Shown here: positions 37,957 through 46,417 of the stretch, in pieces
Layout: the number at the start of each line of letters is the position of its first letter
How positions within the stretch are numbered: position 1 is the stretch's first letter
Source of the DNA: Syntrophales bacterium
GTDB taxonomy: Bacteria; Desulfobacterota; Syntrophia; Syntrophales; PHBD01
Length of the DNA: 64,000 nucleotides
Direction: 5' to 3'
NCBI GenBank assembly: GCA_963668175.1
Contig: OY764159.1
Span: forward strand, 4,503,305-4,567,304
Notes under the pieces: model-generated
Seen by the model: the letters and a program-made list of their open reading frames with translations, nothing else
Databases searched by the model: none
Told to the model about the DNA's origin: nothing
Made by a program: the position numbers and the translations under genes

Positions 37957-38985
37957 ATGAAAGCCGTTCTCTTTAAATCCAAAGAACGTTTCGCTGCATT
38001 CGAGGAGAAATTGAGGATTTACGGCATCGAACTTGCCGTTCTCGATTTCGAGGATCATCGATGGCTCGATTTCAAATACGACGACATCGATTTCATCATC
38101 TATTACCCGTCGTTTAAGTTTTCATCCAACCATCCATTGGCTTTGCAGGAAGTTTACGACAATCTGACATTCCTTCACGATGCGTATCCGAATATCATCA
38201 TGTTCCCGGATATCAACGGAATCAAATATTACAACGATAAATACAGACAGTATCTTTATCTGCATCATCATGGGTACCCGACGCCCCGCACGATTCCTTT
38301 ACTATCCGAGAAATCCATCGATTTCGCAGAAAAGCAACTCGGATATCCCATGGTGGTCAAGAATCGATATGGTGCCGGGGGAGGATCCGTCTTTCGCATC
38401 GACAGCCGGGAAGCATTGATCAAGTATTACAAGATTTCCAAACTGGACTTGTTTAATCCAGGCTCCCTCCTCTATTTTGCCGGTATGTTGAGCGAACGGC
38501 TCTTTTACTGGGAACTGATCAAAGCCAGGAAAGCGAGATACCCGTTCCTTTCGGCACCGCTACTGGCGCAGGAATTCATCCATCACGACCGGGATTTGAA
38601 AACCGTCGTCGGCTACAATAAGGTTGTGGAGGCCCACTGGCGATTCAAAGCCGACGCAGCCATGTGGAAGGTCAATATCGATGGCGGCGGTATCGGCGTT
38701 TGGGGACACGTACCACAGGAAGCCCTCGATTTATCGACCAGACTGGCCAGCGATCTTAAAATCAGCTGGCTTAACCTCGACATTATCAAGGGCAACGGCC
38801 AGTTTCTCATTACGGAGTTTTCTCCGGTATGGCATCACTACGCCTACCGGGAAAAAGAGAGTTTTGTGTATAAGGACGATTACAATATCGAAATGCCGCT
38901 CGAGATATCGCTCGATCTGGAAAGGATCATCGTGGAATCCATGATACGAGCAGCCAAGGAAAGGAAGAACAGCACCGGCGTCTAG
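37957..38985 (+). CDS. ATP-grasp ligase (RimK-like)
   Basis: NDKYRQY, YPMVVK.RYGAGG, QEFI, WKVNIDGGG, LDII, TEFSP. Confidence 0.8.
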   Translation: MKAVLFKSKERFAAFEEKLRIYGIELAVLDFEDHRWLDFKYDDIDFIIYYPSFKFSSNHPLALQEVYDNLTFLHDAYPNIIMFPDINGIKYYNDKYRQYLYLHHHGYPTPRTIPLLSEKSIDFAEKQLGYPMVVKNRYGAGGGSVFRIDSREALIKYYKISKLDLFNPGSLLYFAGMLSERLFYWELIKARKARYPFLSAPLLAQEFIHHDRDLKTVVGYNKVVEAHWRFKADAAMWKVNIDGGGIGVWGHVPQEALDLSTRLASDLKISWLNLDIIKGNGQFLITEFSPVWHHYAYREKESFVYKDDYNIEMPLEISLDLERIIVESMIRAAKERKNSTGV

Positions 38986-38998
38986 CCGGTCAACAACC

Positions 38999-40261
38999 AT
39001 GAGCCGTCGTTTATTGAAAATCATGTGTGTCGTGGGGGCGCGTCCCAATTTCATGAAAGTTGCCCCGATCATCAATGCCATCGAACAATGGAATCGCGAT
39101 GCCTCCGTTCAGCAGGAAAAGAGCCTGCAATGCATCCTTGTACATACGGGGCAGCATTACGACACTGCGATGTCTAAACAGTTCTTCGACGAACTGGAGA
39201 TCCCAAGGCCCGACGTCAATCTTGAGGTTGGATCCCTGTCCCACGCCGAGCAGACGGCGGAAATCATGAAGCGTTTCGAACCGGTACTAGTGAAGGAGCA
39301 GCCCGATTGCGTCGTGGTTGTCGGCGATGTCAATTCGACTGTCGCCTGCGCCCTTGTGTGCGCGAAAATACAATACCATGCAGGTAACCGGATTCGCCCT
39401 TTGATTGTTCATGTCGAAGCAGGACTTCGCAGTTTTGATCGAGACATGCCGGAAGAGGTGAATCGAGTCTTGACCGACGCGATCTCGGACGTCCTCTTTA
39501 CAACAGAAGAGGGTGCAACGGAAAATTTGAAACGGGAAGGCGTTTCCGAACAGAAAATCCATTTCGTGGGAAATGTCATGATCGACACCCTCCAGCATCA
39601 TCGCAAGAAAGCGGAGCAGTCGACCATCCTGAAAGAACTGGGGTTGGACGACCCGATAACGACGGATACGACAACGGGGAGCAGTCATGCGACTGAGAAA
39701 AAACCTTACGCCATTCTGACATTGCACCGCCCCTCCAATGTCGATGACAAAGGTATATTTTCCGATATCCTGGACGCGGTCATGACCTTGAAAGACCGAT
39801 TGCGGATTATCTACCCGATCCATCCGAGATCTCTGGGCCGGATTAAAGCATTCGGGCTTGACTCCTCTTTCGATTGGAGATCCTATCCTTCTTCCGAATC
39901 TCTTCAAGCCGCAGGAACTAAAAACAATGCAGAATCCATTCTGGCCATTCCTCCTCTTGGATACATCGATTTCCTGCATCTGATGGCCAATGCAAGCCTC
40001 GTATTCACAGATTCCGGCGGAATACAGGAAGAGACTACCATTCTTGGCGTCCCCTGTATCACGTTACGGGAAAACACAGAAAGACCGATTACCGTGACCA
40101 AGGGAACGAACATTATCGCCGGAACAAATAAAGACAAGATTATCGAAACTACTTTGAGCCAAATGCGGGCTACTTCAAAAAACCATCAACAACAGATACC
40201 GCCGTTATGGGACGGCCATGCCGCCCGAAGGATCGTCGATATCCTGGCTGACTTGTTGTGA
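38999..40261 (+). CDS. wecB: UDP-N-acetylglucosamine 2-epimerase (non-hydrolysing)
   Basis: VGARPNFMK, HTGQHYD, GDVNST, HVEAGLRS, MPEEVNR, LHRPSNVD, TDSGGIQEE, TERP. Confidence 0.95.
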   Translation: MSRRLLKIMCVVGARPNFMKVAPIINAIEQWNRDASVQQEKSLQCILVHTGQHYDTAMSKQFFDELEIPRPDVNLEVGSLSHAEQTAEIMKRFEPVLVKEQPDCVVVVGDVNSTVACALVCAKIQYHAGNRIRPLIVHVEAGLRSFDRDMPEEVNRVLTDAISDVLFTTEEGATENLKREGVSEQKIHFVGNVMIDTLQHHRKKAEQSTILKELGLDDPITTDTTTGSSHATEKKPYAILTLHRPSNVDDKGIFSDILDAVMTLKDRLRIIYPIHPRSLGRIKAFGLDSSFDWRSYPSSESLQAAGTKNNAESILAIPPLGYIDFLHLMANASLVFTDSGGIQEETTILGVPCITLRENTERPITVTKGTNIIAGTNKDKIIETTLSQMRATSKNHQQQIPPLWDGHAARRIVDILADLL

Positions 40262-40298
40262 ACCGGGATTACTTCTCCAGGACAAGGAATCGTTTCTC

Positions 40299-41330
40299 AT
40301 GCATCACTTAGAAATCGTCCGGAATGTGACATCTACAGAATGGAACGATGAAGTTATCCGTCTGAACGGATGTACTTTCCATACATACGAATGGAGTCTT
40401 TTCAGCAGTGAAGTCAATAAGACAGACCCCGTTTACTTCAGATTGAAGAATGACGATCAGGTTATCGCTCAGAGTTTTGGTCTGAAAACATCACGTACCC
40501 TCCTTAAAAAAGAGCTTTTCAAATCGCTATCCTTCGGAAGTTTGCCTGCCGCCGAGAATGCGGCCTCGCAAAGGAATATGGTTGAGAAACTTATACAATA
40601 TGCGCAAAAGGATAGCGTCACGTCCATCTCTTTCCATAGTTTCGGAACGCCTTACGGAAGCGATATCCTACCGGAACTTGGATTTAACGTGAGCAAGAGA
40701 TGGGAATTCCTGTTAGACCTCTGTGATAACGAAGAAGATCTCTGGAAGAAGATTCACAGCAAGAAACGGAATTTGATTAAGAAGGGTCAAAAATCAGGTG
40801 TTGTCGTGAAAAGATGCGACGATATTTCCGAAGCGCTTGAACTAAGGCAACTGGCTTTGGCGACACAGAAAAGAAAAGAGGGTGCCGACATCGATTTTCC
40901 TGTAGCAGATGAATCGTATTACCTATCCATAAAGAAGAAACTTATCGATATCGGTATTGGCCGGCTTTATCTCGCTTATGAAGGCTCGCGGGCAATAGCC
41001 GGCGCTTTCTTCGTTGGTTTTCACGATAGCGTCTATTATGTTCTGAGCTCGGCCGACCAGGAAGGATTGGACAAGGCCGCTCCCGATCTTATCCTATGGA
41101 CCTGCATGACGGATTACCAAAAAGAGGGATATCGCATTTTTAATCTGGGAGGGGTTTCCGAACATGATCTGCATGGAACACCTTTAGAAGAATCAGGGCT
41201 CTATCACTTCAAGAAAAGGTTCTCTGCCAACGAAGTCCCTTGTTACAGGAGTGAGCTGATACTCCGGCCTGCAAACCAAAAACTGTGGAACAGCTTGAGA
41301 AAAGCCAAAGCGCGAATTCTGAACACGTAG
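40299..41330 (+). CDS. FemAB/FemX-like GNAT-fold transferase
   Basis: LDL...EDLWKKIHSKKRNLIKKG, FNLGG, GLYHFKKRF; start at ATG 40299. Confidence 0.8.
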   Translation: MHHLEIVRNVTSTEWNDEVIRLNGCTFHTYEWSLFSSEVNKTDPVYFRLKNDDQVIAQSFGLKTSRTLLKKELFKSLSFGSLPAAENAASQRNMVEKLIQYAQKDSVTSISFHSFGTPYGSDILPELGFNVSKRWEFLLDLCDNEEDLWKKIHSKKRNLIKKGQKSGVVVKRCDDISEALELRQLALATQKRKEGADIDFPVADESYYLSIKKKLIDIGIGRLYLAYEGSRAIAGAFFVGFHDSVYYVLSSADQEGLDKAAPDLILWTCMTDYQKEGYRIFNLGGVSEHDLHGTPLEESGLYHFKKRFSANEVPCYRSELILRPANQKLWNSLRKAKARILNT

Positions 41331-41739
41331 CAGACTTTTGAAAAACGACACCATGGGAGCAATTCCGTTTCTAGGATCGTTTTTCATGACAGAGTTCTTT
41401 GTATCCCGTGGCCTGCCCTTTAATCAGCTCTGTCTCAAAGCATTTTTGTATATGGTAGGTAGCCCCCCTTATAGTTTACCAATATGCGGTTTTCACCCTT
41501 TGGCAGCACCAAGTCCCAAGTTTCGCATCCGGACCATATTGTAGGCTGCTGTTGCCAGGGTGAGGTATCAGGAGACTAAAGGACTCGGGCAAAACATATA
41601 CGAACAAGACTTCTGTTTTCTTCTTATGGCCACGCATAATGTTTTCCTTTAAATCCGATATATTATGCGTTATCATCTATCATATAATGCTCGAAATCGA
41701 TATTCCAAAACAAAAGAGATTTTCAATATGACGCTAAAG

Positions 41740-43485
41740 TTACAATCGGACATGGTAAATCGCTATATCTTTATATTCATAAACCTTTCTGAATCCGCCC
41801 GGAAATAGAACTTCCAGAATACGGAAACGCTCTTCCTCTGTAGGCCTGTAATAAGCATGTACGTATTTTGTCTTATCAATGACCAAATATTCAGGCTGAA
41901 AATTATTTATCGCGCTTGATAAAATATTCCTGTTGCCGGTTATCGGCAAAGGGACTGTTTTTCTTCCTGTCAGATAATGAATGGGGGCGCTGCTTTGAGA
42001 TATGATAGTTGTCACAGAGGGCGTATTATTTTTCAGCCAAAGCGATATATTTTCAAGTGGATAATCAATTTGTTGAGATACCCGATCATTGATGTTTGTG
42101 ACCACAAGAAAATTAGAATGGATTATAAATAATATCATATAGCAAGGCAACGCAAAGGACTTTCTACGCGGAGTTAAAAAGAAAACATACAAAGCCCGAT
42201 AGGGAAAAAGGAACGCCAAAATGACAATGCACCATAATATCATGAAAATTATTTCCTGTCTGGAATAGGTGTTCGTCACAAGAAGCTGGATCAAGCTGCC
42301 GGACAGGCTGAAAACAGACAGATATAAAACATATTTCTTTATAGAAGCGAAATCTGTTTGGCTAAATCTCACAAGTTCACGAGCGCCCTGAACCAGGAGA
42401 ATGATAATGATCGGCATAGCGGCGAGAATAAATCTTTTATTCTCATTATAGGGCCAGCCTAAGATAATGACCGCATAAAATATTGCATACCAGCCGGCAA
42501 GCGGATAGGGCCGGCGCAATTCAATCGCTAAACCCGTTCCTATAATAACAACTGAAAAAATAGTTAACGGCGACAACCAGAATGGCTCAATCCAATCTAT
42601 GTTTGTAAGATATTCGACCAAATGCGCTATTTGGATGGGTATATTATTTAACATTCTCACGAATAAGAAAAATGGCGTCTCATTTCCCATATCCGGCTGA
42701 TGCGGATCAAGCAGCCAGAACTGACGGAAGTACGACTCGCGGAATTCGTTGTCATACAAAGGTGTCATGTTGACATGCGACCAATAAGACCACAAAACAT
42801 AGAAGGAAAGACCCATTACGAAAAATCCGATGAATGAAAAATCTATATCCCGGAATGATAACGTTTTTCTGTGATTGTATAAAGAATGGACAATCGTTGC
42901 GCCGATTGCGGCAACAAGCGCCATGCCAATAGAACGTCCGGCAACCGCATACAGAAGAAAAATCCCGGCGAGAAGCGGAAGATATTTTCTCTGAAGATAT
43001 CTCTCGTGGTTATTGATGAGCTCCGCGAAACAAATGAAACCCATTGAGGACATCATGAATAGGATATCCGATCCTAATTCGGTTGAATATTTGAAATAGA
43101 CGGGTGAACAGGCAATGATGATGCAATATATAATTCCATTCTGCAGATGCCGCAGTTTGTAATATAGAGATGTAAAAAGCAAACATAATATTGAACATAC
43201 GGCGACATACCTTGAGAAATAGATATATTTATCTCCAAAGGCATAAATTATTCCTGCAATCGAAAGGGATAATCCCGGCGGATAAAGAGTTTCCGATCGT
43301 CCGTTAAAGGTGTAGCCATCCCCCGCAAGGAGGGATTTTGCCGCTCCAATGTAGTGGCTCAAATCATTATTACAAGGAAAATAAGGCTCTGCATTGGTAA
43401 GAAACAGGACGCCCATAAGGAAAAGAAATATCCCACTTAAGAAAAATCTCCTCTTATCCGATTTCTCAAGACCAAGAAAAGCCAT
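41740..43485 (-). CDS. Multi-pass membrane GT-C-fold glycosyltransferase-like protein (ArnT/PMT-like), opposite strand to the cluster
   Basis: First TM followed by NNDLSHY...LLAGDGY...YPPG, SDILF, many TMs, C-terminal soluble domain (WLKNNTP...EYLVID); start at ATG 43485 after AGGTGG. Confidence 0.7.
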   Translation of the reverse strand: MAFLGLEKSDKRRFFLSGIFLFLMGVLFLTNAEPYFPCNNDLSHYIGAAKSLLAGDGYTFNGRSETLYPPGLSLSIAGIIYAFGDKYIYFSRYVAVCSILCLLFTSLYYKLRHLQNGIIYCIIIACSPVYFKYSTELGSDILFMMSSMGFICFAELINNHERYLQRKYLPLLAGIFLLYAVAGRSIGMALVAAIGATIVHSLYNHRKTLSFRDIDFSFIGFFVMGLSFYVLWSYWSHVNMTPLYDNEFRESYFRQFWLLDPHQPDMGNETPFFLFVRMLNNIPIQIAHLVEYLTNIDWIEPFWLSPLTIFSVVIIGTGLAIELRRPYPLAGWYAIFYAVIILGWPYNENKRFILAAMPIIIILLVQGARELVRFSQTDFASIKKYVLYLSVFSLSGSLIQLLVTNTYSRQEIIFMILWCIVILAFLFPYRALYVFFLTPRRKSFALPCYMILFIIHSNFLVVTNINDRVSQQIDYPLENISLWLKNNTPSVTTIISQSSAPIHYLTGRKTVPLPITGNRNILSSAINNFQPEYLVIDKTKYVHAYYRPTEEERFRILEVLFPGGFRKVYEYKDIAIYHVRL

Positions 43486-43517
43486 ATCCACCTGATCCAA
43501 TATGCTTTGTAGAGGAA

Positions 43518-43546
43518 ATGATAAACCTGTAAAAGACCGATGTCAA
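43518..43546 (-). promoter_or_regulatory. sigma70-type promoter for the reverse-strand GT-C gene
   Basis: On the minus strand TTGACA (43546-43541), 17 nt spacer, TATCAT (43523-43518). Confidence 0.65.
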
Positions 43547-43750
43547 ATATTAACAGGATGTTGAAAAGCAGATTATGCAATTTTTCTGGGAAGAACCGAC
43601 TTCGTAAAATACCTTAGAATTGGTTATCTTAACCAGAGGAATATTCATAACCCTCGCCGCTCTGACGATAAATCTCCTTTTTAGGCGTATTTCAACAGCT
43701 CGCCAGAAACTAAATATTTCTGCTCATCTACATAAATCGGATTTAATCAA

Positions 43751-45076
43751 ATGAAGAGTTTTTCCCGGAAGATCGCATCCCGCATTTCGCTCTTCGTCAG
43801 TCAATTCTACATGGCGCCTTATTGCGTGCCGGCCTGGGGATGGGCTGAACATTGGGCTATATTGCATTGTCTCCTCACGGGAAAATTGATTGAAGGCCCT
43901 CAGAAAAACAGGCTTTATCAAGCCATCGCAATGAAAACAGGGAAAAAGTACGTTTTCGGGTTTAACAGCGGAGCGGATGCTATTTATGCTGCATTGAAGA
44001 CCCGACATATTGGTCGAGGAGATAAAGCTATTTTGCCGTCCTATTGCTGTGAATCTGTAGTCACAGCAGTTGTCAGAACCGGGGCCAGCCCGGTTTTCTG
44101 CGACATGAACGAAGAATACAATCCTGACGTGAAAAATATCGCAGGCCTGATCGACAGGGATGTTAAGGCCATTATCTTCCCCCATCTCTTTGGAAATCCT
44201 GCGGATATTGACCGAATGGAAGACGTCTTATCGAAAAGTGGATTAAAATCGGGGGTGTTGCTTATTGACGATGCCGCTCAATCCTTTGGGGCTCGATTGA
44301 ACGGCAGACTGGTTGGAACATTTGGAGACGTCGGCGTTATCAGCTTTGGACCAGGTAAAACCATGATAGCCTCCGGCGGAGGATTGCTGATTACAGACTC
44401 TGATGATATTGCCAGGGAGCTTCAACTGGCGCGGACGAAGAATCATCCTCTTTCGTCTAAGGTCAAACGGTTAATGTATTTTCTCCTCTTTCGCAGGTGG
44501 CGGCGCTTCACCCTCCCCTTCTATTTTCTATTCTGGAGATTCTTTCGCGAATCGGAGACTAAGCAGTGGCATTTATCGTCGCTCTGTAATGTGGATGCTG
44601 CTATCGGCATGAAACAACTGAAGAAGCTCGAAGAAATGTTAAGGATTCGCCTTGAGCGAAAGGAGCAACTGGATCGTTTGTTTTCCTCAGATTCCAAGAA
44701 CCTTATTGAAATCCCAGCAGAAAACATCAGGCCGGATAAGAAGCTGAACGTGGCAACGAAATATGTATTCCGTTTGAAATCGAAAGTCGATCATGATTAT
44801 CTGGAGAAGTACCGGCAGTTTATGATGAACAGCGGGATCGAATTGTTCAATCTTTATGCGCCCCTTCACAAGAACCCTCGATACGAAGATCCGCAGATAT
44901 CGCTGCCTGTAACCGAGCAGTTCTACGATCAGATATTGCAGGTTCCCGTCGAACCTTCCATAAACCGTCGAGACTTCAAAAGAATTGTTAAAACAACACA
45001 GGCTTTCTTCAGCGATCTTCCATTCGAAAAGGTTTTCAAAACAGGAAAGCAGCATATTAAATATACGACGTCGTGA
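43751..45076 (+). CDS. DegT/DnrJ/EryC1/StrS-family PLP aminotransferase-like protein
   Basis: NSGADAI, PSYCC, PHLFG, DDAAQSFG, SFGPGK (PLP Lys), GGG. Confidence 0.8.
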   Translation: MKSFSRKIASRISLFVSQFYMAPYCVPAWGWAEHWAILHCLLTGKLIEGPQKNRLYQAIAMKTGKKYVFGFNSGADAIYAALKTRHIGRGDKAILPSYCCESVVTAVVRTGASPVFCDMNEEYNPDVKNIAGLIDRDVKAIIFPHLFGNPADIDRMEDVLSKSGLKSGVLLIDDAAQSFGARLNGRLVGTFGDVGVISFGPGKTMIASGGGLLITDSDDIARELQLARTKNHPLSSKVKRLMYFLLFRRWRRFTLPFYFLFWRFFRESETKQWHLSSLCNVDAAIGMKQLKKLEEMLRIRLERKEQLDRLFSSDSKNLIEIPAENIRPDKKLNVATKYVFRLKSKVDHDYLEKYRQFMMNSGIELFNLYAPLHKNPRYEDPQISLPVTEQFYDQILQVPVEPSINRRDFKRIVKTTQAFFSDLPFEKVFKTGKQHIKYTTS

Positions 45077-45123
45077 CATGATAATTCACCACAACCGTTC
45101 TCAAATTTCGATCAAGCATTAAA

Positions 45124-46404
45124 ATGCCTCATCCCGATGATATAAGATTGATATTGGTCATTATTGCGGGACTGTCTTTCCTGGCCATGTTCAAGAGACC
45201 TTTCTATGGATTGATCTGCTATTTGATCGTCATGATGACACGTCCAGGTCTTTATTATCCGCAACTTGCTGAACTAAGAGTGGAGCTTCTCGTCGGCATC
45301 GTTATCATGCTCGTCATAATGCTTTCGTCTGGCCGTTTGATGCGAATTCGATTCAAGGAAGACGATATTTTCAAGTGGACGTTCATTCTTTATGGTGTAA
45401 TGTTGATTTCCATGCTGCAGGCATTCGATTTCGATGTATCATGGGATTGGATGGTTGAATTTTCAAAAATCTTTATCTTCTTCATCATGATCATTACTTT
45501 GACCGACAATGAAAAAGATATTCAGGTATTTCTTTTCTTCTTCGCTTTCGTTACATGCATGATCGCATATTCGGCTATATTCAACTATTTTGAGGGCAAT
45601 ATCGTTAAAAGTTTAGGCGCAGGGCGTGTGGATTATGCAACGGCAGAGTTGGGTATGGGTTCGGGACATGTCGCCCTGGCAAACATGACGCTGCAGGGCA
45701 TGCCTGCTCTTTGGTACCTTGCCATTCGCAGTCCCAAAATGATCCTTAAAGTCATCGGATCCGTGTTATTCCTCCTCTGTGTCTACGCCCTCGTGATTAG
45801 CGGCTCACGCGGCGGTTTTGTAGGCTTTATTTTTCTCTGGATATGCATTGTTTATTTCTCCAAGAACCGCCTCCTGCTTATCTGCGTCGGTGTCGTAGTT
45901 ATATTCGTTATTCCGTTGTTTTCTCAGTCCAGCTATATGGATGTTATGTTTAAGACATTTACAGGCAATCTCGACGATTCCGGCGAGTCACGTCTTGTTG
46001 GTTTAAAAAATGGCTTTGAAATGCTTGTACGTAGACCATTGCTCGGCGTAGGTCCAGGCTGCTATCCTATCGCGCGGAGGGCATGGTTTGGCTGGGGTCT
46101 TTGGGCGCATAATCACTACGGTGAGCTTATGGGTGATTTGGGCCTCATCGGAACGATCGTGTGGTTCATTTTCCTCAAAAAGTATTTCTTGTCCGCATGG
46201 AAATACATAAAAACTACAACCGAGAATAGTGTCATAAAATCTGTGTGCTACGCAATTGTTGTCACAACGATTATTCGCCTGCTCCTCGGCATGGGGACCC
46301 ATAGTGTCTACATTTTCATCTGGTATATGATGGCAGGCATCATTGTGGTCGTCAACCGGCTCAATCAGAAGAAAGAACCCGCAGAAGAATCAGCAACAGT
46401 ATAG
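45124..46404 (+). CDS. O-antigen ligase/Wzy polymerase family membrane protein
   Basis: About 12 TM, SGSRGG, RPLLGVGPG, AHNHY.ELMGDLG. Confidence 0.85.
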   Translation: MPHPDDIRLILVIIAGLSFLAMFKRPFYGLICYLIVMMTRPGLYYPQLAELRVELLVGIVIMLVIMLSSGRLMRIRFKEDDIFKWTFILYGVMLISMLQAFDFDVSWDWMVEFSKIFIFFIMIITLTDNEKDIQVFLFFFAFVTCMIAYSAIFNYFEGNIVKSLGAGRVDYATAELGMGSGHVALANMTLQGMPALWYLAIRSPKMILKVIGSVLFLLCVYALVISGSRGGFVGFIFLWICIVYFSKNRLLLICVGVVVIFVIPLFSQSSYMDVMFKTFTGNLDDSGESRLVGLKNGFEMLVRRPLLGVGPGCYPIARRAWFGWGLWAHNHYGELMGDLGLIGTIVWFIFLKKYFLSAWKYIKTTTENSVIKSVCYAIVVTTIIRLLLGMGTHSVYIFIWYMMAGIIVVVNRLNQKKEPAEESATV

Positions 46405-46417
46405 GAGCAGTTGATAA

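Noticed and set aside
41476..41676. Small minus-strand ORF with an AAAGGA RBS-like sequence downstream of the GT-C gene
   Set aside because: No recognisable motif and only 53-66 aa; it cannot be supported without homology or expression data.
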